Below are positions 1-7,473 of a DNA stretch of 57,754 nucleotides, piece by piece. The notes under the pieces are model-generated. The model made no database searches and had not been told where the DNA came from. It saw nothing but the letters and a program-made list of their open reading frames with translations. The DNA is from a virus (lineage: Duplodnaviria; Caudoviricetes), in the IMG/VR virus record IMGVR_UViG_3300032897_000006, positions 1-57,754 of that record; one strand, given 5' to 3'. Each line of letters begins with the position of its first letter. Positions within the stretch are counted from its first letter, which is position 1. The translations under genes were made by a program, and so were the position numbers.

Positions 1-42
1 CATGCGCTGGCAACGGCAAGCGCCGCAAACTGGAGAGACTAG

Positions 43-198
43 ATGAGCGAAAAAATCGTTATGTATCTTGTGACCGTGCACCGTAAAGATGGCCATGTTT
101 TCAACTATGAAGTACCGAAACATAATTTACGGGAATGGTTGAAGCAATGCTCCGCCGTGCTGCTTCCGGGTGAAGCGCTCTGTTACAGCGAAAAGTAA
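43..198 (+). CDS. Small early protein, 51 aa (MSEKIVMYLV...)
   Basis: GGAGAG RBS, ATG-TAA; near-identical copy at 54372-54527. Confidence 0.75.
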   Translation: MSEKIVMYLVTVHRKDGHVFNYEVPKHNLREWLKQCSAVLLPGEALCYSEK

Positions 199-289
199 GC
201 AAATCACAATTTAATCCGCTACGCGCTGGCGGATTATGTGGCGATTTGGCCAAATGCTGGAATGATCCGGCATTCGATATGGATGTACC

Positions 290-406
290 ATGATTGCAGA
301 ATCTTTGTTTCAGTTTTCCGGTTTGGCGCTTGTGTTGGCGCCGATATTTGGAATTCCGCTTTTCATCGTTTTCAAGCTTATTCCGGGGATCACCAATGAA
401 AATTAA
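290..406 (+). CDS. 38-aa hydrophobic membrane peptide
   Basis: MIAESLFQFSGLALVLAPIFGIPLFIVFKLIPG; stop overlaps the start region of the next gene. Confidence 0.55.
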   Translation: MIAESLFQFSGLALVLAPIFGIPLFIVFKLIPGITNEN

Positions 407-650
407 CCAACAAGATTACAATGATCTAAAAAACGCGATTGTTGGCGTTGTCGGAAACCGGAAGGTGTCTGACATATGGGCGAATTATCAGGCCAATGGT
501 TTGTCAGAATTACGCTTTCGTTGGGATTTGGTTTGGCACATTCAAAGCATCGTGAGGCAACCAATTTTTGACCGGATATATAAATACGCTCACGACTCTC
601 ATGTTGATACGGCCTTGCGCCGCATCGTGAAAGAAATTTCCGAACAGTAA
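396..650 (+). CDS. Hypothetical early protein (homologue of 56220-56471)
   Basis: Shared RWDL..VRQPIFDRIYKYAHD.HVDTALRRIVKEIS. Confidence 0.85.
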   Translation: MKINQQDYNDLKNAIVGVVGNRKVSDIWANYQANGLSELRFRWDLVWHIQSIVRQPIFDRIYKYAHDSHVDTALRRIVKEISEQ

Positions 651-693
651 CGCTTAACATTGCCATCTCGCGGGATGGCAAGTTTAAACGCTA
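648..693 (+). repeat. 46-bp intergenic hairpin TAACGCTTAA...TTAAACG(C/T)TA
   Basis: Same length and ends at 56155-56200 and 56472-56517. Confidence 0.85.
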
Positions 694-708
694 CAAACAA
701 GAGGTTTT

Positions 709-996
709 ATGATGGCAAGCCAAAAAAGAATCGCAATCCTTCGCCAGGTTAAAGAGGCGATTCGCCAGCCTTACGCTTGGCCGGGTGGCTATCCCCTTTA
801 TATTCTCATGTCAGATGGCGAGGCTCTGAGCGTCAAGGCGGCATGGGCTGAATTCGAACTTGTAGCGCGTGCCACGCTATTTTCTTGCATCCGCGACTCC
901 TGGAAGGCTGATAGCGTGCAAATAAATTGGGACGATACAGAGCTGTATTGCGCCCATACAAACGAAAAAATCGAATCCGCATATGGGGAGGATTGA
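709..996 (+). CDS. Hypothetical early protein (AWPGGYP motif)
   Basis: GAGG RBS; motif seen in small phage proteins. Confidence 0.8.
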   Translation: MMASQKRIAILRQVKEAIRQPYAWPGGYPLYILMSDGEALSVKAAWAEFELVARATLFSCIRDSWKADSVQINWDDTELYCAHTNEKIESAYGED

Positions 997-998
997 AC

Positions 999-1190
999 AT
1001 GGCACGCGATTCCCTTGCCTTTTCACTGCGCGCCGCTTGTGGCGTGCTGGACTCCTACGGCGCCGGCGAAAATATGATCATCTCAATCCTCACGGGGCTG
1101 AGGGATGCTGGAAAGATCGAATCCGGCTATGTCCGTCAGCGCGATTTGAATGCCGCTATTGTCGAGGCCGGGCTAAAAATCGCGGCGTGA
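999..1190 (+). CDS. Hypothetical protein
   Basis: GGAGG RBS directly after previous stop. Confidence 0.7.
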   Translation: MARDSLAFSLRAACGVLDSYGAGENMIISILTGLRDAGKIESGYVRQRDLNAAIVEAGLKIAA

Positions 1191-1202
1191 TTCTTCATAA
1201 AA

Positions 1203-1262
1203 CATCGGGATTGCTATTTACAAATCAATTCCGATGTTCTATAAATTATCATGCGCTGGCAA
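1203..1262 (+). promoter_or_regulatory. Repeated early promoter with CATCGG..CCGATG inverted repeat
   Basis: TTTACA-17-TATAAA; 34-bp IR around the -35; followed by CATGCGCTGGCAA. Confidence 0.85.
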
Positions 1263-1292
1263 TGGGCCGGGGCTTATCTGGAGTAACCAAAC

Positions 1293-1694
1293 ATGAGCGA
1301 ATCACTGATCGGTCAAACCCTCACGTGCGCCGAAACTGGCAAGCAATTTATTGGCGCCGTGGAGGGCTTCACAACCAATTATGCCCGCGACTCCGCCGGC
1401 CGCGTGTACTGCGATGAGGGAGTCGATGCCTGCGAAAAGCGGGAATTGCTGGACCGCTCCAAACCTTTCACTTGCTACGTTTCTAGCGATGGAAAGCATG
1501 TTACCGGCTGGAAAGGCAACATTTTGGGTACGGTCATCTCTTCCAGCCCGATTTTCCTAACCCGCCGGTCGTACATCCACGGCAAATATATCAACGCCTA
1601 CCGCATCCGCGACATCCATGGCGGCATCTGGTACGGCCGTAGCAGCCCCGGCATCTGCATCAACCTCCGCGCCACCAAGAACAAGGCCGGCTAA
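1293..1694 (+). CDS. Hypothetical early protein
   Basis: ORF with GGAG RBS behind repeated promoter. Confidence 0.8.
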   Translation: MSESLIGQTLTCAETGKQFIGAVEGFTTNYARDSAGRVYCDEGVDACEKRELLDRSKPFTCYVSSDGKHVTGWKGNILGTVISSSPIFLTRRSYIHGKYINAYRIRDIHGGIWYGRSSPGICINLRATKNKAG

Positions 1695-1709
1695 TTTTTT
1701 CGCTAAAAT

Positions 1710-1770
1710 CATCGGGGATAGAATTGACATAGCATCCCCGATGGTTTACAAACTTAACATGCGCTGGCAA
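1710..1770 (+). promoter_or_regulatory. Repeated early promoter/operator
   Basis: CATCGGGGAT-TTGACA-ATCCCCGATG, then CATGCGCTGGCAA. Confidence 0.85.
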
Positions 1771-1798
1771 CGGGTTAGCGCGAATCTGGAGAAACCGA

Positions 1799-2371
1799 AT
1801 GACCGTAAAACTTGAACTTCATGTCTCTTCCGCTATCTCCGTCGCCATTGAGTCGGCCGGTAACAAGATTGAGAGCGCGAATTATTTCGATGAGCTGCAA
1901 GAGGCCGCAAACGATGAGGTGGGCGGGGAAGCAGAAAACGCCTGCACCTATAACGCGGATTGCGAGGAGATCATCCAGCGCTATGAATCCGAACATGGCT
2001 CTGAAGCGGAAGAGTTATCCGACGCCGACGGCGCGCAATTCAAGGCGAGCGAATTTCAGAAAGCCATGGTGCAATATGCTAGGGCCATCGCGGATTGCGC
2101 TATCCGCGCCATGGTGCAGCAAGAGATTGAATCGCTCAAAGAGGCGTACACAAATCTTTGCGAATCCTTCATGGATGATGAACATTTTGAGGATCATGAC
2201 CCGATTCCCGTTACCGTGGGAACGTCATGCCTTTATGGCTGGGAGGCGCATGATAGCGAAACCGCTGAAGGCGTGATGATTTGGCATCGCCTGGAAGGCG
2301 AGCTGGAGGCGCGGGCAATCCAGTGCAATGGCCTATGGCTTAGCGTTTGCTGGACGCCTGAGAGGGCATGA
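1799..2371 (+). CDS. Highly acidic early protein (possible DNA mimic)
   Basis: D/E-rich 190 aa; allele at 56996-57568. Confidence 0.8.
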   Translation: MTVKLELHVSSAISVAIESAGNKIESANYFDELQEAANDEVGGEAENACTYNADCEEIIQRYESEHGSEAEELSDADGAQFKASEFQKAMVQYARAIADCAIRAMVQQEIESLKEAYTNLCESFMDDEHFEDHDPIPVTVGTSCLYGWEAHDSETAEGVMIWHRLEGELEARAIQCNGLWLSVCWTPERA

Positions 2372-2559
2372 GTCACGGGCATAGGCGCCGCCACAAGCAT
2401 GGGGGGCGCCATGCGCTCCACCTCCTGCTAGAGCTGCTTCATATCATTCTACACCTAACCGCGCATTGACGATCATGGGGCGGGGGGCTGAGGCGCCCCG
2501 CATCATGACCGGCTACGGTCAAAGCCTGGAATGGTCCGGGCTTCACATGGAAAGCAACC

Positions 2560-2832
2560 ATGTCCGCGACAAAACTTTATGATGTTTCGGCTATCCTGGA
2601 TGACCTGGAGCAATCCCCGCGCCTGGCGCGGCGCGAGATCGTGCAAACGATCTACCGGCTTCAGGACACGCTAGGCGATGATGGGGTTTTGAACTCCACC
2701 GATTCGGTTTGGCCCTGGATTGTTGAATGGTTCCAGGCCCGGCCGCGCCTCTCGCTCTACTGCGCCCGCGCTGGCCTGGTTTGGGCTGGCTTCATGGTTG
2801 CGGCCGTAGCCTTTCGCGCCTTTTTCGCTTAA
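2560..2832 (+). CDS. Hypothetical protein with C-terminal TM segment
   Basis: ORF with hydrophobic tail. Confidence 0.7.
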   Translation: MSATKLYDVSAILDDLEQSPRLARREIVQTIYRLQDTLGDDGVLNSTDSVWPWIVEWFQARPRLSLYCARAGLVWAGFMVAAVAFRAFFA

Positions 2833-2842
2833 CTCAAAAAAT

Positions 2843-2885
2843 CATCGGGATTGTGATTGACATTGTAATCCCGATGTTTTAAAAG
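2843..2885 (+). promoter_or_regulatory. Repeated early promoter/operator
   Basis: CATCGGGATT-TTGACA-AATCCCGATG. Confidence 0.8.
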
Positions 2886-2911
2886 ATGGAAACACGAGCT
2901 AAGGTGAAAAG

Positions 2912-3115
2912 ATGACAACGATACAGAGCGAAATTTTCGATACCTTCCGGTCCATGGGTGTTTCTGAAGACAAGGCCGTGAAGGCAGCGGCGGCGCTGAG
3001 CAAGCGGGATGACGATGTGGCCTCCCTCAAAACGGACGTGAATTTCATGAAGTGGATGATTAGCTTTGTTTTGGCGTTTCAGGTTGCCTCTTTTGTGAAA
3101 TTGTTTGTCCACTAA
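2912..3115 (+). CDS. Small coiled-coil + TM protein (DUF1640-like)
   Basis: GVSEDKA..A..L..LKTDV..MKWM + TM helix. Confidence 0.65.
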   Translation: MTTIQSEIFDTFRSMGVSEDKAVKAAAALSKRDDDVASLKTDVNFMKWMISFVLAFQVASFVKLFVH

Positions 3116-3183
3116 CCGTTATCGACAATTAAACTTTATTACCCGCTGGAATGGTCCAGCGGGATTCTGGAAAGACCGAACAC

Positions 3184-3921
3184 ATGGAAAATCGCACTGT
3201 CCTTCTCCGCCGCATCCGCGCCCTAGCTGCAAAGACGGTTCATAATGGCTGCACCGAGGCTGAAGCCCTGACCGCCGCCGCCCTCCTGGCCCGCCTGGTT
3301 GATAAATACGGCTTTACCCCGGCCGATTTGGACGAGCCGCTTGAAACCCTCACCGAGGCCAGCATGGATGTGAAGCGGACCATGCAAGGCAACCACCACT
3401 TCGCCGTGTCGATTGCCAAATTCTGCGACTGCAAGGTGTTCTACCGCGCTGCGAAGTTCGGCAAGGAAAAGGAAATCGTGTTTTTCGGACATGAAACCGA
3501 TGTTCTCATGTGCCGCTACATGATGGATTTGCTTGGCACGGCGAACGAGTCCGGATTCAAGGCATTCACGGCGGCGAAGAAGGCAGAGGCCGAAGGGCGA
3601 AAGATCGGCCGCAAGGAATCGAACGCTGACCGGCGCGGGTTCGATTGGGGCATGGCCAGCCGCATTACCGCCCGCCTGGAGGCCATGAAGGCTGAGCGCA
3701 ATGTCGCGGTGGATGAAACCACTGGCAAAACTGGCGGCGCCCTGGTGCTGGTCAAGGGCGCGGCCGTCGCGGCGGAGTATGAAAAGCGCTACAACATCAA
3801 GACGAAGCGCGCCCCGGCCCGTCGCGCCAATGCGAACGCCTATGAGGCCGGCCAGGCGCATGGTGATCGTGTTGCCATCAATCCGGGGGTGGGTGGCTCT
3901 GGCCAGTTGCGGTTGGCCTGA
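3184..3921 (+). CDS. DUF2786-domain protein
   Basis: RIRALAAKT...GCTEAEA..AA..L..KYG N-terminus; AYEAG..HG tail. Confidence 0.8.
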   Translation: MENRTVLLRRIRALAAKTVHNGCTEAEALTAAALLARLVDKYGFTPADLDEPLETLTEASMDVKRTMQGNHHFAVSIAKFCDCKVFYRAAKFGKEKEIVFFGHETDVLMCRYMMDLLGTANESGFKAFTAAKKAEAEGRKIGRKESNADRRGFDWGMASRITARLEAMKAERNVAVDETTGKTGGALVLVKGAAVAAEYEKRYNIKTKRAPARRANANAYEAGQAHGDRVAINPGVGGSGQLRLA

Positions 3922-4037
3922 AGGCTGACAAGGGCGGGGAATGCTCCCCGCCCAAATTACCGAAACGGATTGACCGGCGATTCGCATTTTGTTACTGAAT
4001 TTTTAGCTGGATTAACCCGCTATTTCTGGAGCTACCA

Positions 4038-4265
4038 ATGATCGACGAAAATTTAAACAAAGGCGCCAAGGCTGCAAAAATTGTTGCAGAATTGCTAACC
4101 GCGCTGCTTCCCGGTTGCGATTTTATTTTGATTATCAAACCGGAGAAAGGCCAAGACTGCGCGACCGTGGCCAATATTGATCCTGAAGACTGCCTGCTCA
4201 TGGCTCAGGCATTCATAGATCAGAAAAAAGAGTGGATAATCACCACGTCCGATAAGACAAACTAA
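4038..4265 (+). CDS. Hypothetical protein
   Basis: GGAG RBS. Confidence 0.65.
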   Translation: MIDENLNKGAKAAKIVAELLTALLPGCDFILIIKPEKGQDCATVANIDPEDCLLMAQAFIDQKKEWIITTSDKTN

Positions 4266-4267
4266 AA

Positions 4268-4513
4268 ATGTTGAAAATATATCCTGAAGAATTCAAAAAT
4301 ACCAGCATGACGCAAATCGCCATTTACCTGGATGCCCTGGGATGGTCCCCCCGCTACCTCGCGGATATTCTGGAGGTCAATGAGCGCGGCGTGTGGCGCT
4401 GGATGAATGGACAAAACGATACGCCCGAACGGATTTTGAGCTGGCTTAAATTGCTGGCTGATTTCCACAAGGCTCACCCTCTCCCTGACGGTTGGGTATC
4501 TGAAAAACCGTAA
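4268..4513 (+). CDS. Cro/XRE-like HTH protein
   Basis: LGWSPRYLADILEVNERGVWRWMNG. Confidence 0.75.
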   Translation: MLKIYPEEFKNTSMTQIAIYLDALGWSPRYLADILEVNERGVWRWMNGQNDTPERILSWLKLLADFHKAHPLPDGWVSEKP

Positions 4514-4540
4514 TTCTCAACGAAAGCGAAGGAAGTAATT

Positions 4541-5050
4541 ATGAAGGCAAAATATCTTGCGGCAACGGCGGCTGTCGCCCTTTCCCTCACCTCTTGTTCG
4601 CAGCCCGGTGCCAATTTGCAGGCCAATGTTTACCAGGCTGACCAGGTGAACCAGGTGCAGAATGCCAAGGAAATCACCATTCTCACGGTCATGCCGGCCA
4701 AGGTTCAGGTTGATAACACTCAGAACCAGAAAACGGCTGAAGTTGTCGGCGGCGTTCTCGGCGCCGTGGGTGGCGGGCTTTTGGGCGGCGGGTTGAGCGG
4801 CAATGCCAATACCGGCGTTGGTTCGGCGGCTCTCGGCGGCGTGGCTGGTGCGGCGGCCGGCTCGATGGTGTCCTCAACCGCCTTGGTTGATGGCGTAACG
4901 ATTGGCTATAACGAAAACGGCCAGACCCTCACCTCTAGCCAGGTTGGCGAATTGTGCCAGTTCAAGCCGGGCGCCGCGCTTGTGGTTTCCACCTCGGCCA
5001 ATGAAACCCGCGTGCAGCCGAACGCTGTTTGCCCGCCGAAGCAGTCTTAA
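4541..5050 (+). CDS. yfgH: Glycine-zipper outer-membrane lipoprotein, YfgH homologue
   Basis: Lipobox LTSC; PAKVQVDN, GAAAGSMV, QVG..CQF, NETRVQPN..CP match E. coli YfgH as recalled. Confidence 0.8.
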   Translation: MKAKYLAATAAVALSLTSCSQPGANLQANVYQADQVNQVQNAKEITILTVMPAKVQVDNTQNQKTAEVVGGVLGAVGGGLLGGGLSGNANTGVGSAALGGVAGAAAGSMVSSTALVDGVTIGYNENGQTLTSSQVGELCQFKPGAALVVSTSANETRVQPNAVCPPKQS

Positions 5051-5092
5051 CCCCTAACCCCTAACTCCTAACCCACGGCCCATGGTGATCAG

Positions 5093-5659
5093 ATGAAAAA
5101 AATCTTTGCAAGCATTGTACTTACCTCCCTTTGCGTGCCGGCTTTCGCTCAGGAATCGCAACAGCAGCTAGATTCTGGACTCGCCGCCATGGGCCAGGCT
5201 CAGGCGCAGGACCAGGCGCAGGCCGCCGCCGAACAGCAGCAGGAGGAAGAGGCCCAGGCGCAGGCAGCGGCGCAGGAGCAAGCCCGCGAAGCCGCCGCCC
5301 AGCGGCGCCGGGATGCTGCCAATGCGGCGGCATCGGCGCAGGCGGAAGCCGATAAGAAACGGGACCAGGGGTTCCAGGATCAGGAGCGCCAGCTTTACGT
5401 TGAGCAGCAAGAGATCGAGCTACAAAAAGAGCAGACTGACGCGAACCGCGAAAATGACATGGTGAACGCCCAGCTCGCGGCCGAAAAGGCGCAAACCGAT
5501 GTGACACAATCTGAAGCCGACACGGCCCGAACCACGGCGAATGCGAACGCCGCCGCTACCGTCGCGGTTGGCCAGGGCGCGCAAAGCCTGATGACCGCTG
5601 AGGGAAAAGCCGATGAGAAAAAATCCGGGGGTTTCCTCGGCATGGGCGGTGGCAATTGA
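5093..5659 (+). CDS. yfgI: Periplasmic coiled-coil protein, YfgI (DUF5384) homologue
   Basis: Signal peptide; ADKKRDQ..RENxx..AQTDVxQSEAD motifs; synteny with yfgH. Confidence 0.8.
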   Translation: MKKIFASIVLTSLCVPAFAQESQQQLDSGLAAMGQAQAQDQAQAAAEQQQEEEAQAQAAAQEQAREAAAQRRRDAANAAASAQAEADKKRDQGFQDQERQLYVEQQEIELQKEQTDANRENDMVNAQLAAEKAQTDVTQSEADTARTTANANAAATVAVGQGAQSLMTAEGKADEKKSGGFLGMGGGN

Positions 5660-5832
5660 ATGAACATCATGTTCTTGGAATTCTTCTTTTAGGAAACTGG
5701 TGTCTCATCATCGCAAATTGTGTTTTGTTTTTCGTTCAACAGAAAAACATAAAACGCATGAAACATCTTATCCGGGTTTGCGAAGATAAAGAAAATTTCC
5801 TGAATGAATTGGCTTTTCATTATAAAGAATGA
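5656..5832 (+). CDS. 58-aa membrane protein
   Basis: TTG overlaps the yfgI TGA; hydrophobic N-terminus; ends before terminator. Confidence 0.5.
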   Translation: MNEHHVLGILLLGNWCLIIANCVLFFVQQKNIKRMKHLIRVCEDKENFLNELAFHYKE

Positions 5833-5844
5833 TGAATCCATATA

Positions 5845-5878
5845 GCCGCCTTGGTATTCACGCCAAGGCGGTTTTTTA
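5845..5878 (+). terminator. Rho-independent terminator
   Basis: GCCGCCTTGG/CCAAGGCGGT stem + T run between convergent operons. Confidence 0.75.
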
Positions 5879-5884
5879 TGGTTT

Positions 5885-6337
5885 TTACTCAACTTTCATA
5901 TTGCGATTGAAGGCAATGCTGTCATGGAATTCGCAATAATTCCTGGTCATCCTTTTTTTTGCACAAAATCGAAAATCGACGCTTTTAGGATCGCCAATCG
6001 GCCAGCAGCAGCCCTCATTACGCTCATATTTTCGCGCTCTGGAAATTAAAGGCGCTTTGTAGTTTGTGATCATCTTATCAAGTTCGGGCGCGGGCGGCTC
6101 GGCCGCGCATTTTCCTATTTCAACCATGTCGCGCCGGGTTTTTCCGGGATCGACAATAACAATGGGCGATGCTCTCGGCGTGAGGCCCAGGCGTTGCGCC
6201 TTCTTGTAAATGGCATTTTTTGGCGTCGGCATTCTCCGCTCCGCCATGATTTCCTCGATTTGCGCCCCCCGATAATTGAGCGCCCATAACTCTTTCAGCA
6301 GCGCAATTTTTTCATCGCTCCATAGATTAGTTATCAT
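5885..6337 (-). CDS. gcrA: GcrA-like cell-cycle regulator
   Basis: W.DEKI..LKELW..KNAI..KA.RLGL and CCWPIGDP...FRFC...YC.FH. Confidence 0.85.
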   Translation of the reverse strand: MITNLWSDEKIALLKELWALNYRGAQIEEIMAERRMPTPKNAIYKKAQRLGLTPRASPIVIVDPGKTRRDMVEIGKCAAEPPAPELDKMITNYKAPLISRARKYERNEGCCWPIGDPKSVDFRFCAKKRMTRNYCEFHDSIAFNRNMKVE

Positions 6338-6489
6338 TTTTCCGTTGTCTCCCGCATTGGCGGCATATCTCGCCCACTTCCAGAAACAAACATTCAAAGC
6401 AAATATCCAGATCATTATTCACCGGCCGGAATTCATTCGTCGCCATTCTGCTTTGTGCGGCACTGGTTTTTGGTTTTCCATACCGTCTT

Positions 6490-7473
6490 CTAGTCACGCC
6501 TGCTCTCCATAATCGCACGTCCGATCATTTCCGGGATTTGCGGCAGGAGCGAGTTTCCAAGGGCTTTAACTCTGTCCACAAGATAGGGAATCCCATCATC
6601 CACTCCACAAAGCGCGGGTTCATCCGGCCACGCTTTCCAGCAACCTGTGAAATTTTCTCTGGAAGATTCGGACTGTGAGTTCCGTGCGGCTTTGGCGTTG
6701 CCGTTCTCCAATCCCGCGCATTCGGCGTCGGCAATGTTCCCGCGTGTCTGGTTTCGTACCCGCGAAAAACTGTCAGGAGGTCTCCACGCCCGCCCTTGTC
6801 CGCATCCGCCGCCTTGGGAGTCGATAAATTTTGAAGAATCATGCTCAGAGGTGTTCCGCCCTGAGCATATGGTTTTGTTCTCATGGTTGTTTCTGTTGTT
6901 GGCGTTGGAAGCATCCCCAATGCCCACCCCAATTTGTTCGGCTTTTTCCTGCCATCTCCCGATTTCCTCAAATTCACATCGTTTGCTGCGGGGCAACTCT
7001 GAGGCGTGGGCAACAATCCAAATGCGGTCCCGCTCATGAGGGGCGCCGATGGCGCACGCCGGTACGCAATCCCATTCAAGATTATACCCGCTCTCGGCCA
7101 ACTCCCCGCATACATCGCCCATCCCGTCACCAAGCAGCGCTGCCACGTTCTCCAGGATCGCGTATTCTGGTCGTACCAGGCGAATGGCTCGCACCAATTC
7201 CCGGTAGAGTCCTGAATTGCGACCGGTAATTCCGGCGCGATGTCCAGCTCTGGATACGTCCTGGCATGGAAATCCGCCACAGATGACATCGGCCTCTCCC
7301 TCCCTGAATTCAGCTTTCGTCACATCATCATCGCAAGGCACATCCGGCCAATGTTTCGCCAAAACGCGGCGGCAGAACGGATCAATCTCCACAAATCTTA
7401 CAGTTTTCATCCCGACTCTTTCCAGGCCGAGGCTGAAGCCGCCGATGCCGCTGAAAATGTCTAATACTCTCAT
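6490..7473 (-). CDS. C5 cytosine DNA methyltransferase (alpha chain)
   Basis: FSGIGG, GFPCQD, ENV, RDRIW and KALGNS motifs. Confidence 0.95.
   Translation of the reverse strand: MRVLDIFSGIGGFSLGLERVGMKTVRFVEIDPFCRRVLAKHWPDVPCDDDVTKAEFREGEADVICGGFPCQDVSRAGHRAGITGRNSGLYRELVRAIRLVRPEYAILENVAALLGDGMGDVCGELAESGYNLEWDCVPACAIGAPHERDRIWIVAHASELPRSKRCEFEEIGRWQEKAEQIGVGIGDASNANNRNNHENKTICSGRNTSEHDSSKFIDSQGGGCGQGRAWRPPDSFSRVRNQTRGNIADAECAGLENGNAKAARNSQSESSRENFTGCWKAWPDEPALCGVDDGIPYLVDRVKALGNSLLPQIPEMIGRAIMESRRD
6525..7289 (-). CDS. Nested alternative-frame MTase beta chain (PTP repeats + motif IX)
   Basis: 254-codon open frame with repeated LPTP/STP and NPRFVEWMMGFP. Confidence 0.7.
   Translation of the reverse strand: MSSVADFHARTYPELDIAPELPVAIQDSTGNWCEPFAWYDQNTRSWRTWQRCLVTGWAMYAGSWPRAGIILNGIAYRRAPSAPLMSGTAFGLLPTPQSCPAANDVNLRKSGDGRKKPNKLGWALGMLPTPTTETTMRTKPYAQGGTPLSMILQNLSTPKAADADKGGRGDLLTVFRGYETRHAGTLPTPNARDWRTATPKPHGTHSPNLPEKISQVAGKRGRMNPRFVEWMMGFPILWTELKPLETRSCRKSRK

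Larger units (their letters stand above)
1..2557 (+). repeat. Left copy of mosaic end repeat (early cassette array, allele 1)
   Basis: 1-~250 nearly identical to 54330-~54579; 1758-2557 nearly identical to 56955-57754; gene 396-650 homologous to 56220-56471; the other intervening genes differ. Confidence 0.95.

Noticed and set aside
1203-1770. CRISPR array
   Set aside because: The repeats are degenerate and separated by whole genes; no cas genes
2218-2310. Diversity-generating retroelement VR/TR pair with 57415-57507
   Set aside because: Differences are not adenine-specific, many are synonymous, and no reverse transcriptase is encoded
1-2557. Simple direct terminal repeat
   Set aside because: The copies carry different genes and many substitutions; true DTRs are identical
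5689-5892. Minus-strand ORF
   Set aside because: Crosses the terminator; plus-strand 5656-5832 is better supported
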